Source: Candidatus Latescibacterota bacterium (GTDB lineage: Bacteria > Krumholzibacteriota > Krumholzibacteriia > WVZY01). Taken from it: 64,000 nucleotides of DNA. A program made the position numbers and the translations under genes. Positions 1 to 10,326 of the stretch are shown here, in pieces (the first letter of the stretch is position 1; each line of letters opens with the position of its first letter). Where the stretch lies: the NCBI GenBank assembly GCA_963791045.1, contig CAWBQK010000013.1, positions 128,001 through 192,000 of the forward strand, read 5' to 3'. The notes beneath the pieces were generated by a model. That model did not search any database. It saw nothing but the letters and a program-made list of their open reading frames with translations, and was not told where the DNA came from.

Positions 1-858
1 TCAAATCCGTTCAACAGAGGCAGTGGACACCCACCCGGAGAGACCTCCGGGCAGGGTGATCCGTGTCCAACGGGGGCGTCGTTCGCGCGCTCTAACGACG
101 GTGCCTTCATGGATCTTGAATTGAAGAGTGGCGTCCTCCGTCGGACTGCTAAAAACCGGGGCTTCCCGGTCGACCACCACGGCTTCGCCGCGGCTGGTCT
201 CCTTGCCCATCTTCTTCCAGGCGGAGAATCCGGTTGATAAGAACAAAAACGAAATAATCGTGATGGCGAAAATGATGTCCTGCGATTTCCCCAGGCCCAC
301 CAGACGGCCCGGCGAAAGGACCGATATGCGCTTGTAAATCGCCGCTACCGCCGTCGAATCCCTGAACAAAAACACAATTCCTAGCAGGCAAAGCATAAGA
401 TAGCAACACGACGCGAACACAACCATTTCGCTTGCGCTCAAATTGTTGTGGAGCCACACGAGCCCCCTCGTGAACCTGTTCTGCTCCCGGACAAACTGTT
501 CGTCCCTTAATTGGGTTCGCACCAGCGAAAGGTTCCTACGAACGTCCTGATCGCGAGGAGCAATCCTCCTCGCGCGCTCGTAAAACAACACGGCGCGGCC
601 AAGATCACCCGTTTTGTAGAAAGCATTGGCAAGATTGTAGAAAAGATCCTTGTCCGCGGCCCCCGCATCGACGAGTTCCGTGTACTCAACGATCGCCCCA
701 TCGTAGTCACCCGCTTCATACCGGGAATTTCCCTCTTCGAACATCCGTACGAGATCGTCGCGGGCAGGCTTCACCGAGAGTCCGGCAAGGACACTCGTCG
801 ATCCGGCGGAAAGAACCGTGACGACGCAGAAAAACATCACTGCGAATCCGCGCCTCAT
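1..858 (-). CDS. batE: BatE-like TPR + C-terminal SH3-like protein
   Basis: Signal peptide, TPRs (LFYNLANAFYKTGDLGRAVLFYERA), TM segments, C-terminal FKIHEGT..W..I.LPGG..GWV; last gene of the Bat operon. Confidence 0.8.
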   Translation of the reverse strand: MRRGFAVMFFCVVTVLSAGSTSVLAGLSVKPARDDLVRMFEEGNSRYEAGDYDGAIVEYTELVDAGAADKDLFYNLANAFYKTGDLGRAVLFYERARRIAPRDQDVRRNLSLVRTQLRDEQFVREQNRFTRGLVWLHNNLSASEMVVFASCCYLMLCLLGIVFLFRDSTAVAAIYKRISVLSPGRLVGLGKSQDIIFAITIISFLFLSTGFSAWKKMGKETSRGEAVVVDREAPVFSSPTEDATLQFKIHEGTVVRARERRPRWTRITLPGGLSGWVSTASVERI

Positions 859-2699
859 GACCAGTACCTCTTTTCGAAAATCCTCACCACATCCGCCGCA
901 CGCGAAATCACATCTTCCGCTGTTTTCGAATCCGCCATCGTGGCGGCCTGCGAAAACCGAACCCCATCACAAATGTTTATTACCGCTTTGAGACCGGCGA
1001 GGTCAGCCTCATCGACCGCCTTTGCCGCAAGAAAACCTTCTATGTCCTCAAGCGTGAGTCCGGCCTCCGACACGTTCATCTTATCGGCGAAGTAACCGCG
1101 AATCGATCCGGATACGAGCGGGTAAATGTCGTCGAACTTATCTTTTTTTAACGCCGATCGCGCGGAATCGAGCTTCTTGTCCGCCGTCCGCGCCGCCCGG
1201 CTCGCGCGTGCAAGAGGCGCATTCCCCTTGAACCGTTTCCGCCGACGATCAACGGCGAACGCCGCCACGAGCGCGAGAAGCGGAAGTGAATGGAGAGCAA
1301 GGTAAACTTTGCTTCTATAAACACCGCCGGCCGAGAGCCGCACCACGGCCGGAGCGGGGTGGATATATGCGATATCCTCGCCAAGCACTTTTATGTCTTC
1401 ACCAGAACCGGCGAATATCACCCTTCGCCCCTCATCTTCGGTGCCCGGCATTATCTCCAGATTGATGGGCGTCGATGCAATCGTCTTGTACTTCTTCTCG
1501 ACGGGGTCAAAGTACGACATTCGAACCGGCGGGAGAGTCCTCTTGCCCTCCGCCTTCGGTACGAGCACGTATTCGTATTTTTTTCTGCCCGACACGATGT
1601 AGTCCTTCTTGAAAAGATCGGACGTCGTACCGGAATCGTACAACTTGAATTCACCCGGCGTGGGAAGCTTGGGGGTGGACATTGTCTTGAAGTTGCCATC
1701 CCCTTGAATCTGCAGAATAAGATTGACCGGTTCGCCGACCTGAGCAACCTGCTTGTCCGTTCGGACCGACAGTTCGAGATTTCTGCCAACCAGCCCAGAA
1801 AACCTAGCCGGTTTTCCGCTTTTCGGAAGAGGCAAAACAGTGATGGTTTTTTCCTCCGTCCGGAGCGCCACGGGCTTGCCAAAACGGAACGAACGCATGC
1901 TGCGGCTGAAAAAGTCGTCGATTTGTTTGCTCCGCGACGACCGTCCCGCGTCGTCGATCATCAGATCCACGCGCGCGGCTCCTATCGTATAGGTCCCCGG
2001 CGCCGCGGCAAAAAACCCCCGCTTGATCTCGTTCACCAGGTACTGCCGCCCTTTGATCTGCCGGTAATAATTTTTCTGAGGGGGGAGATCCTCAACCCAG
2101 AATCCCTCGGCCGACGGAGGCGCAAACTCGGGCGTCCGCATCATATCGATCCGGCCGTCGGTATAAAACCCGAGCGTCCATGTGATTTGCTGGTTCACAT
2201 AGACCGTATCCTCCGCGACCGACGCCTGGATAAAGATTGGCCGGTCTTCCTCGGAGTCAAGGGCGGCGTCTTCGGAGGAACCGGCAGAGGGGACGTGGGT
2301 TTGGGCTTTGACGACTTCTATCGTTACCGGATCCGCCGTGTAGATCTTGTCACCCGTCTTGAATCGAACCGGCGCGATCGTATACTGCCCCGGTTCCTTG
2401 GGAACGAGTATGTAGGTAAAAATAAGAGATGAGTTCGAACCACCCGTGCCAAAGCTGAAACTCTGAGAGGTCCCCGCCTGGTAAACCGAGAAGTTGTCGA
2501 GCGGCGGAAGTTCGGGAGACGCCGATTTCCGGAACTTGCCCTTTACCGTTATCACCATCGTAATTTCGTTACCCACAGGAACGACGTTGGGCTCAACATT
2601 CACGGACACGGTGACATCGGCCGCCTCGGCATTCACAATGCCAAAAATAACCGCCAAAGCGGCGACAAGGAATATTATGTTTGTCTTCATGCCCGTCAT
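855..2699 (-). CDS. batD: BatD family protein
   Basis: Signal peptide, repeated Ig-like BatD modules (GEPVNL...GDGNFK, FDP..KKY), TM near the C-terminus; 4-bp overlap with batE. Confidence 0.85.
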   Translation of the reverse strand: MTGMKTNIIFLVAALAVIFGIVNAEAADVTVSVNVEPNVVPVGNEITMVITVKGKFRKSASPELPPLDNFSVYQAGTSQSFSFGTGGSNSSLIFTYILVPKEPGQYTIAPVRFKTGDKIYTADPVTIEVVKAQTHVPSAGSSEDAALDSEEDRPIFIQASVAEDTVYVNQQITWTLGFYTDGRIDMMRTPEFAPPSAEGFWVEDLPPQKNYYRQIKGRQYLVNEIKRGFFAAAPGTYTIGAARVDLMIDDAGRSSRSKQIDDFFSRSMRSFRFGKPVALRTEEKTITVLPLPKSGKPARFSGLVGRNLELSVRTDKQVAQVGEPVNLILQIQGDGNFKTMSTPKLPTPGEFKLYDSGTTSDLFKKDYIVSGRKKYEYVLVPKAEGKRTLPPVRMSYFDPVEKKYKTIASTPINLEIMPGTEDEGRRVIFAGSGEDIKVLGEDIAYIHPAPAVVRLSAGGVYRSKVYLALHSLPLLALVAAFAVDRRRKRFKGNAPLARASRAARTADKKLDSARSALKKDKFDDIYPLVSGSIRGYFADKMNVSEAGLTLEDIEGFLAAKAVDEADLAGLKAVINICDGVRFSQAATMADSKTAEDVISRAADVVRIFEKRYWS

Positions 2700-2702
2700 A
2701 TT

Positions 2703-4535
2703 CTACCAGTCTTTACCCGCCCGCGAAGCCCGCCGGAACGCGGCCTTGCGTTTCTTCTTTTGCAGCTCTTTTTCCTGTTCCTCGAGGAGTCGCAGAAGCC
2801 GCAGGGCGTCTTCACGTGTTAATTCGATCACCTGCGTACTGTCGGCGAGTTGCGGCTTTGCATTCGACGAATCAGGTTGTGAGGGCGGATTTGTCTGTGT
2901 CGAATCCGGCTGCTGCTGTTCGTTTTGCCGGTCCTCATTGTTCTGGTTCTCGTCCTGGTTCTGTTGCTGCTCACCGTCCTGCTGTTGGTCTTCGCCGGGC
3001 TTTTTCTCACCATTGTCGTTGTTTTGATCATCGCCCTGCTGCTGTTGTTTCTCCTGTTGCCGCTGTTGTTCGAGCATTTTGAGTGTGAGTTCTAGATTGT
3101 GTCTCGCATCAACATCGTCGGGCATATACCTCAGTGACTGGAGATACGACTCGACCGCTTCGGGAAGCTTGTCCAACTTGACCAGCGTGTTGCCCCTGTT
3201 GTAAAGAGAGCGGCCCGCCTGGAGCGTATCCTCGGAAAAGCTTTCATGATACTTCTGGAGAGCTTCCTGATACCGTCCCATCATATGAAGCGTATTTGCC
3301 TCGTTATACAGCACGCCCTCGCCGTTTTTGGGAGGCGCCAGCGTATCGCCAAGAGCCTCCTTGTAGAGTACGAGTGCTTTCTGATACTCGCTCGCCTTAA
3401 AGTACTTGTTGCCCGATTTGACGCGCCCTCTGTCGACGGTTTTCTCCGCGGCGGCCGGAGAGATACACCCCAACACCAGGAGAACAAGCAGTCCCGCGGC
3501 GCCCGTATGGAGCATCCGCGCATTGGGGCGCCTGCGCTTGGCCCCACCGGCAGAGATCAGCAAGTCGATCGCCAGCGCAAGAAAAGCCGCCGCGAGGAAC
3601 CAAACGAATCTGTCTTTTTTTCTTTCCATGAATTCGCCTTTAACCGCTTTTTTCTCCATCCCGGAGATTTCGCGGTACAACACCTTGAGTTCGAGTCCCT
3701 CGCGCGTGGCGGGCAGATACTTCCCCCGGGTCGTTTTCGCCACCTTCCGCAACGTCGTCTCGTCGAGACGAGTTAAAACCGTTTCGCCGGTGTCGTCCTT
3801 TTTGTACCCATCGATCGACCCGTCGGTTCCCCTCAAGGGAATCAGCTCACCGGAGGGATTGCCAATCCCGATCGTGTAGATCTTGATCCCCTCTTCAGCG
3901 GCTTTCTCCGCCTCGGAGAGCGGATCACCGTCATGGGTTTCACCGTCGGTTACGAGAATGATGACACGATCAGCTTGTTGTGTCGTGGGGAAAAGCGCCA
4001 CGCTTTTTCTTATCGCTTCGTTAATCGCGCTCCCCTGCCTCGACACCGCATCCACGTCCGCCGTGTTGGCAAACATCAACGCTGCATCGTAATCGACGGT
4101 CAGCGGACAGATGACAAAGGCGTCACCGGCGAACACGACGATACCGACGCGGTCGCCCTTGAGTCCCTGGATCAAATCCACAATCTCCTGTTTGGCGCGT
4201 TCGAGACGGTTCGGTTTCATGTCCTCCGCAAGCATGCTGAGCGACACATCGAGCGCGATAACCAGGTCGATTCCCTCCCGCTCCACCTTTACGAGCTGGC
4301 TTCCTATCTGAGGCCCCGCCAACGCGAGCACGAGCAAGGAGTATCCCAGAACCCGAAGAAAAGCCTTCAATGCCCCCTTGCGCCAGCTACGCCCCGGGGC
4401 AAGCGCCTCCTCGAATTTCCCCCCGGCAAACCCGGCAAGGGCCTGTCTCCGCCGTTTCGCCCCGTAGAGAAACACACCGATTAACACCGGCGCGAAGTAG
4501 AGCGCGTTGAGCCATTGTGGGTGAGCGAAACTCAT
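2703..4535 (-). CDS. BatB-BatC fusion: VWA domain + TPRs + Gln/Asn-rich tail
   Basis: MIDAS DVSLSM, VTDGE; TPRs (YNRGNTL); Q/N/D-rich stretch followed by ALRLLRLLEEQE; Bat context. Confidence 0.85.
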   Translation of the reverse strand: MSFAHPQWLNALYFAPVLIGVFLYGAKRRRQALAGFAGGKFEEALAPGRSWRKGALKAFLRVLGYSLLVLALAGPQIGSQLVKVEREGIDLVIALDVSLSMLAEDMKPNRLERAKQEIVDLIQGLKGDRVGIVVFAGDAFVICPLTVDYDAALMFANTADVDAVSRQGSAINEAIRKSVALFPTTQQADRVIILVTDGETHDGDPLSEAEKAAEEGIKIYTIGIGNPSGELIPLRGTDGSIDGYKKDDTGETVLTRLDETTLRKVAKTTRGKYLPATREGLELKVLYREISGMEKKAVKGEFMERKKDRFVWFLAAAFLALAIDLLISAGGAKRRRPNARMLHTGAAGLLVLLVLGCISPAAAEKTVDRGRVKSGNKYFKASEYQKALVLYKEALGDTLAPPKNGEGVLYNEANTLHMMGRYQEALQKYHESFSEDTLQAGRSLYNRGNTLVKLDKLPEAVESYLQSLRYMPDDVDARHNLELTLKMLEQQRQQEKQQQQGDDQNNDNGEKKPGEDQQQDGEQQQNQDENQNNEDRQNEQQQPDSTQTNPPSQPDSSNAKPQLADSTQVIELTREDALRLLRLLEEQEKELQKKKRKAAFRRASRAGKDW

Positions 4536-4556
4536 TTTGAAACACTCCAGGAACCG

Positions 4557-5546
4557 TCAGGGTATTCTTCTCAAGATACTTTCCCCAAGAAGCAGCTCGA
4601 GAACGAGCAGAATCAATCCCGGGAATATAAACAGAAAAACTTTGTCCGTATAATTCGTGAATGTTTTCGTTTCGATTTCCGTCTTTTCGAGCTCATCGAT
4701 GCGGTCGTATATTTTCATCAGTTCGTCCGCGTCCGTCGCCCGGAAATACTCGCCGTCCGTAATCTGCGCGATTTTCAGGAGTGTTTCCTCGTCAATCTGC
4801 ACTTCCATCTGAACCATCCGTCGCCCAAACACCGGGTCATTTACCGGCACCGGGGCCCTGCCCTTTTTCCCAACACCGACCGTGTAGACTTTTATCCCGA
4901 GCGATTTGGCAACCTGGCCCGCGGTGACAGGAGAAACCATCCCCGTATTGTTTCGGCCATCCGTCAAAAGCACAACCACACGGCTCTTCGAATCCGTGTC
5001 CTTGAGACGGTTGCACGCCGTCGCCAGCGCAACGCCGATCGCCGTCCCGTCCTCGAGCATCCCAAAATCCACCCTGTCCACGAGGTCCCGCACAACATCA
5101 TAATCGAGGGTGAGCGGACACTGACTGATCGCCTCCGCAGCGAACACGACCAGCCCGATCCGGTCGTTGGTCCGTTTCGAAACAAAATCCTTCACGACCT
5201 CCTTGGCAACGTGCAGCCGGTTCTTTGGTCGGAAATCCTGGGCCTGCATGCTGCTACTCGTATCGAGCACGAGCATAATATCCACGCCCTCGGTCTTGAT
5301 CGAACTCTCGGACTGACCTGTCTGGGGTCGCGCCATTCCAACTACGATGAGAACGAGGACGATGGCGCGCAGCGCCAGCCGACCATAACGCTTGAAAAAC
5401 GACGCCTCAAGGCCCGCCCGTGTCATCAGATCGAGCGACGAGAAGGCCACACTTCGTCTCGACCGCCGCCCGCGGAGCTCGAAATAGAGGAGCGGGATCA
5501 AGAGCAGCAGCAAAAACAACACATATGGATACGCAAAACGAAACAT
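4557..5546 (-). CDS. batA: BatA VWA-domain protein
   Basis: N-terminal FAYP membrane motif, ARPQ, MIDAS DTSSSM, GTAIG, LLTDGRNN. Confidence 0.9.
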   Translation of the reverse strand: MFRFAYPYVLFLLLLLIPLLYFELRGRRSRRSVAFSSLDLMTRAGLEASFFKRYGRLALRAIVLVLIVVGMARPQTGQSESSIKTEGVDIMLVLDTSSSMQAQDFRPKNRLHVAKEVVKDFVSKRTNDRIGLVVFAAEAISQCPLTLDYDVVRDLVDRVDFGMLEDGTAIGVALATACNRLKDTDSKSRVVVLLTDGRNNTGMVSPVTAGQVAKSLGIKVYTVGVGKKGRAPVPVNDPVFGRRMVQMEVQIDEETLLKIAQITDGEYFRATDADELMKIYDRIDELEKTEIETKTFTNYTDKVFLFIFPGLILLVLELLLGESILRRIP

Positions 5547-5558
5547 AGTTTTTGATTC

Positions 5559-6563
5559 TCAATCCGCCGCGGCTTCAGCGGCCGGCTCGGGGGCAAGCGG
5601 CCGCGGCGCGGTGCGCGCGACGATCCCGCGGACCAAATCGACTAAACCGTTCGCGGCCGGGATTTCCGGCCGGTGCTTGGCGAATTTCACAAGATCGGCC
5701 TCTCTCAAAACCGATTCAAGACCGTCCACGGCGATTTGGCTCCGATTGAGGTCCGCAAGAAGCTCCTCGGTTGTCTCGTCCATGGCAAGAACACCGTATC
5801 TTTTCTCCACGTACGTTCGAAGTGTATCGACTACCAGTGTGTAGTGTTTCTTGATTTCGCCTTTGTCGAGAAGGCCCATTCGCTCGATTTCGTCCAATCT
5901 CCGAAGTGCCACGAAATCAGGCGGGAGTTCGGGTTTCGGAGGCACGACGACTTCGCTTTTCTTTCGCTTTTTCCACAACCAGATCGCCAGAACGGCCAGG
6001 ACAACGGCCGCGGCGACGAACAGAAGCCACATGTACCCGCGCGGCGCTTCCCACTGAGGTTTGAGCGGGTTGGGCTCAGCCGCATCCGAGGCGATATGAC
6101 GGACGGGAACGTCGACCGCACGCGCACGAGCCACGAGTGTGTCTCCCGCCGGTGTAACGAAGCCGAAACGCGCCGCCGGCATAAACGCCGCCTCAAGGTC
6201 GGTCGTCATCACTTCCAGCACCGCTTCTTTGCTGAAACGTTTTTCTTCCCTTTCGGCAGCGCCGTCGCGCCATACGGCGGATATCATCCGGCAGGTGCCG
6301 GGATCGAATGCGTCGGGCGGCAGAATCTCAAGCGAATCGGGATACGACACCCGGTGAACGACCCGGAGCAATTCCCCGACGGTGACGGAATCGGCGCCAA
6401 CCTTGGTGTCGATACGAACACCTGGAACCTCACCCACCGCCGCACCATCCACCGGCAAAAGACCCGCAATAAGGCAGCAGAGAGCGGTGGCTAGCCCCAC
6501 ACGCACAAGCACGCACGCGCCCCACGTGTGTCTGTTTTTGAGATTGCCCGCCAACGTGTCCAA
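5559..6563 (-). CDS. Bat-operon membrane protein (DUF4381-like); start uncertain
   Basis: Single TM followed by WKKRKK; LRTYVEKRYGV.A.DETTEE and ADLVKFAK motifs typical of the gene between DUF58 and batA. Confidence 0.7.
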   Translation of the reverse strand: MDTLAGNLKNRHTWGACVLVRVGLATALCCLIAGLLPVDGAAVGEVPGVRIDTKVGADSVTVGELLRVVHRVSYPDSLEILPPDAFDPGTCRMISAVWRDGAAEREEKRFSKEAVLEVMTTDLEAAFMPAARFGFVTPAGDTLVARARAVDVPVRHIASDAAEPNPLKPQWEAPRGYMWLLFVAAAVVLAVLAIWLWKKRKKSEVVVPPKPELPPDFVALRRLDEIERMGLLDKGEIKKHYTLVVDTLRTYVEKRYGVLAMDETTEELLADLNRSQIAVDGLESVLREADLVKFAKHRPEIPAANGLVDLVRGIVARTAPRPLAPEPAAEAAAD

Positions 6564-6578
6564 ATTGATACCTGCCCT

Positions 6579-7484
6579 CTACCTGCGTTTCGCACGTGCC
6601 CGAAAAAACCGGCTCAACGGAAGCGCGTAATCCATCGCCGTATCGATGTCGATGGAATCCACGCTGTGCCGCCTGAATATCGATTCGAGCTCCCGGTCAC
6701 GGTCTTCCAGGAGTTTTTTGAATCGTTCTCTTGCAGACAGCCGACCCAGATCGATGAGCTTTTCAACACCGCGTTCCTGGTCCCACAAACGTATCACTCC
6801 AGTGTCACCGGGATCCCTCTCGCGCTCATCACCAATTCTTATCGCGACAAGATCAAACTTGTTCGCCGCCACGGACAATGGACTCGAAAAATCCGGCGCG
6901 ACGAAATCGCTTAAAACAAAAACGATCGCCCGCCGTTTTATGACACGAAGCAGATACTCGAGCGCGCCCGAAATGCTGGTCCCGGTTCCCTTCGGCTTAT
7001 GAAAAAGGACGTTGCGAACGACATGGAGAACGTGCCGCCGTCCTTTATCCGGGGGGATGTACTCCTCCACCTCGTCGGAAAACACAATCGCCCCGACCTT
7101 GTCATTGTTCTGGATCGCGCTGAATGCGAGAAGCGCGCAGATTTCCGCTGCGGTGTCGATCTTTGTCTTGGACTGAGTCCCGAATAGCCCGGACGCGCTC
7201 ACGTCGAGAAGAAACATGACGATGAGTTCGCGTTCTTCGACGAATCGCTTGATATAGGGGGCGCCCATGCGGGCGGTTACATTCCAGTCTATGGAACGAA
7301 CGTCGTCGCCCGGCTGGTACTCCCGCACCTCATCGAACTCCATCCCCTGGCCCTTGAATACGCTGTGGTACTCACCAGAGAATACGTCGTTGACCATCCG
7401 TTTGGTGGCGATCTCGATACGTCTGACTTTTTGAAGAATTTCAGTAAGATCGCGATCGTCGGAATGTTCCGGCAAATTCACCAT
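6579..7484 (-). CDS. DUF58 domain protein
   Basis: G.G.EFDEVREYQPGDDVRSIDWNVTAR, EERE, DVSAS motifs. Confidence 0.92.
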   Translation of the reverse strand: MVNLPEHSDDRDLTEILQKVRRIEIATKRMVNDVFSGEYHSVFKGQGMEFDEVREYQPGDDVRSIDWNVTARMGAPYIKRFVEERELIVMFLLDVSASGLFGTQSKTKIDTAAEICALLAFSAIQNNDKVGAIVFSDEVEEYIPPDKGRRHVLHVVRNVLFHKPKGTGTSISGALEYLLRVIKRRAIVFVLSDFVAPDFSSPLSVAANKFDLVAIRIGDERERDPGDTGVIRLWDQERGVEKLIDLGRLSARERFKKLLEDRDRELESIFRRHSVDSIDIDTAMDYALPLSRFFRARAKRR

Positions 7485-7513
7485 GTCTGCTTTTCGGTTG
7501 AAATCAAGATTTG

Positions 7514-8500
7514 TCAGGGTACTTCAATTCCGTCAAAGACCTTTTTGACGACGGCTTCTGAGTCGAGCTGCTCGGCCTCGGCCTCGTACGTCACTATGAC
7601 ACGATGCCGAAGTACATCGAGGCCCACCGATTTGACGTCTTCCGGCGTGACGTACCCGCGTCCGCGCAGAAACGCGTGCGCCTTCGCCGTCTGAGCAAGG
7701 AATATGGTCGCGCGCGGAGACGCTCCGTATGCAATGAGCTGTTTGATCGGCAAACCGAACTGTTCGGGATCGCGTGTCGCGAACACGATGTCGAGGATAT
7801 AGTTTTTGACCTTCTCATCCATGTAGATATTGCGAATGAGTTTCTGAGCTTGCTTGAGGCGCTCCGGAGTTATCACCGGTTCAATATCCGGAAAACCGTC
7901 GCCGGTGACTCGTTCCATTATGAGTCGTTCCTCATCACGCTGAGGATAGGTTATCCGCAACTTCATTATGAAACGGTCGACCTGCGCTTCGGGGAGCGGA
8001 TAGGTTCCCTCTTGCTCGATGGGGTTCTGCGTCGCCATGACGAGAAACGGAAAATCGAGTTTGAAGGTCTCGCCACCAATCGTGACCTGCCTTTCCTGCA
8101 TGCACTCAAGCAACGCGCTCTGAACCTTCGCCGGAGCGCGATTGATCTCGTCGGTCAGGATCAGGTTCGAAAAAATCGGCCCCTTCTTGGCGGTGAAGGA
8201 ATGATCGGTGGGGTCGTACACCTGAGTGCCGACGATATCCGCCGGTAGCAGATCGGGTGTGAACTGGATCCGTTGAAATTTGGTGTCGATCGCCCTGGAC
8301 AGCGTGTTGACCGCCAGAGTCTTTGCCAAACCCGGAACCCCCTCGATCAGCACGTGGCCGTCACAGAGAAGACCGATGAGCAGCCGGTCGATGAGGTACC
8401 GCTGCCCGACTATTACTTTGTGAACGGCCTTTTGGAGCTCGGGGACGAAGCTGCTTTCGCGTTCGACCTGCTCGTTGATTGCCTGAACCTCGTAATCCAT
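7514..8500 (-). CDS. moxR: MoxR family AAA+ ATPase
   Basis: Walker A GVPGLAKT, RIQFTPDLLPADI, DEINRAPAKVQSALLE, ATQNPIEQEGTYPLPEAQ.DRF. Confidence 0.95.
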   Translation of the reverse strand: MDYEVQAINEQVERESSFVPELQKAVHKVIVGQRYLIDRLLIGLLCDGHVLIEGVPGLAKTLAVNTLSRAIDTKFQRIQFTPDLLPADIVGTQVYDPTDHSFTAKKGPIFSNLILTDEINRAPAKVQSALLECMQERQVTIGGETFKLDFPFLVMATQNPIEQEGTYPLPEAQVDRFIMKLRITYPQRDEERLIMERVTGDGFPDIEPVITPERLKQAQKLIRNIYMDEKVKNYILDIVFATRDPEQFGLPIKQLIAYGASPRATIFLAQTAKAHAFLRGRGYVTPEDVKSVGLDVLRHRVIVTYEAEAEQLDSEAVVKKVFDGIEVP

Positions 8501-8733
8501 TCGTTACCTCCATGTTATCGCACAGAGTTTAAACACATTTCCACGCCGAATGTTCCGCGCAACCCGACCATCTTATCTTATTCTTTATCAGGCACTTAAC
8601 CATAACAACCCCTATCGCGGACAGTGATCGGGGTTGCTCTTGCGCCGGTCATCCTCTACATTTAAGCACCGTGCGGGCGATCCGCGGCGATCACTAACAG
8701 ACTGTGGTTTTTCGAGTTATTCAAGGAATGTTA

Positions 8734-9624
8734 ATGGATAATCGTCACAAGTCAAGCAGAGCAACGACGGAAAATTCCGAAGCTGGGTCAAAGAAGCGGC
8801 TCCCCGCGTACGGGATCGTCGGCCTTTCAATTATAGTACTGGCCGAAATCGGGCTATTCAGCGGAGTGGAGTGGGTCGGCTACTGGTTTACGCCGATCGT
8901 GTGGACGGGGTATATCCTCTTCATCGACGGAATCATCCGCCGCCGCAAGGGCCGCTCGCTTCTGTCGACCCACCCGCGGGAATTCGCGATCCTCGCGGTC
9001 ATATCATTCGCCAGCTGGGAAATCTTCGAGGGGTACAACCTCCTCACCAAGAATTGGCGATATATCAACATGATTGAAAACACGCCTGCCCGGTTCTTCG
9101 GTTACTTCTGGGCGTATGCGACGATTTCACCGTGTATGTTTCTTACTTACGAATTGCTGGACGACATACTCCCCGGCACAAACCCCGTGCATTCACCGCG
9201 TCTTGGCAACGGTCTTTTCTACACGCTTGTGATCCTCGGGTTCGCCTGCATGATCGTTCCGCTCGTTTGGCCATCGACGTACATGGCGCCGATCATCTGG
9301 ATTGGCTGGGCGTTTTTTCTCGATCCCATAAACCAGCGGCTGGGTGAGCGGTCGTTCATTTCCGAGCTCTTTTCAGGGCTACCGCGATCAACCGCCGTCT
9401 TTTTTCTCGCCGGCCTGATTTGCGGTTTGCTGTGGGAGTTCTGGAACTTCTGGGCGATTTCAAAGTGGCAATATAGTGTGCCCTATCTCGGGCACATAAA
9501 ACTCTTCGAAATGCCCGTTCTCGGTTTTCTCGGGTTCCTTCCCTTTACGATAGAGAGCTTCGCGATATACGTATTCATTAGACGCATTCTCCCAATAAAA
9601 AGACAGGTTCGTTACCTTGGATAA
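8734..9624 (+). CDS. Conserved hypothetical polytopic membrane protein with internal duplication
   Basis: About 8 hydrophobic segments; WEFWNFWA..KWQY and FEMP..GFLGF motifs; ATG 8734 preceded by AAGGA. Confidence 0.7.
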   Translation: MDNRHKSSRATTENSEAGSKKRLPAYGIVGLSIIVLAEIGLFSGVEWVGYWFTPIVWTGYILFIDGIIRRRKGRSLLSTHPREFAILAVISFASWEIFEGYNLLTKNWRYINMIENTPARFFGYFWAYATISPCMFLTYELLDDILPGTNPVHSPRLGNGLFYTLVILGFACMIVPLVWPSTYMAPIIWIGWAFFLDPINQRLGERSFISELFSGLPRSTAVFFLAGLICGLLWEFWNFWAISKWQYSVPYLGHIKLFEMPVLGFLGFLPFTIESFAIYVFIRRILPIKRQVRYLG

Positions 9625-10306
9625 ACTCGCGATTTTCAAACAGCTCGTTCTCGACGCGAAGGGCCTGATCTTTGATTTTGACGGCCTGCTCGCCGACAGC
9701 GAACGCTTTCACTTTCTCGCATACAACGAGGTCTTCGAGCAATTCGACCATTCGCTCGACGAAACCGAATACTATAAATATTGGACCTCGCTGGGTCACG
9801 GTGTACGCGGTGAAATCGAAAGACACAACCTCGATCTCGACCCCATCGCCATACGCCGTGAAAAGATGCCCATCTTTTCCCGCTATTGTGAGGATGGGAG
9901 TATCGGTCTTTTCGCCGAGGCGGCTGAAATCATCGAATCGATGTCCCGGATGGATAAAACGATGGCGATCGCGAGCGGCACACCCAGCGGAGACATCCGT
10001 GCGGTTCTCCGGAATGCGGGGCTGGAGGACTCCTTCGAAGTGATCCTCGGGAGCGACACGGTGCCAAAGATCAAGCCGGCGCCCGATATCTTTATCGAAA
10101 CGCTGTCACAAATTGGATTGAACGCGGAAGATTGCGTTGTTTTTGAAGACGCGGAGAAAGGGATGTTCGCGGCGATCGAGGCGGGGATTCCCGTGATCGT
10201 TGTTCGTAACGCCCAAACCAGTGGGTTTGATTTTAGCCGGGCGGATCTCACCATCGAATCTCATGCGGAAATGGCCGATCTGCTACGCCGTGCGCTGGCC
10301 GTTTAG
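9617..10306 (+). CDS. HAD family phosphatase (beta-phosphoglucomutase-like)
   Basis: FDFDGLLADSE motif I, KPAPDIF, VFEDA..G. Confidence 0.88.
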   Translation: MDKLAIFKQLVLDAKGLIFDFDGLLADSERFHFLAYNEVFEQFDHSLDETEYYKYWTSLGHGVRGEIERHNLDLDPIAIRREKMPIFSRYCEDGSIGLFAEAAEIIESMSRMDKTMAIASGTPSGDIRAVLRNAGLEDSFEVILGSDTVPKIKPAPDIFIETLSQIGLNAEDCVVFEDAEKGMFAAIEAGIPVIVVRNAQTSGFDFSRADLTIESHAEMADLLRRALAV

Positions 10307-10326
10307 GCGCGTTGGCTTGTCACCGA

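Noticed and set aside
2900-3070. CAG-rich repeat as a contingency locus
   Set aside because: It is an imperfect low-complexity Q/N linker typical of BatC
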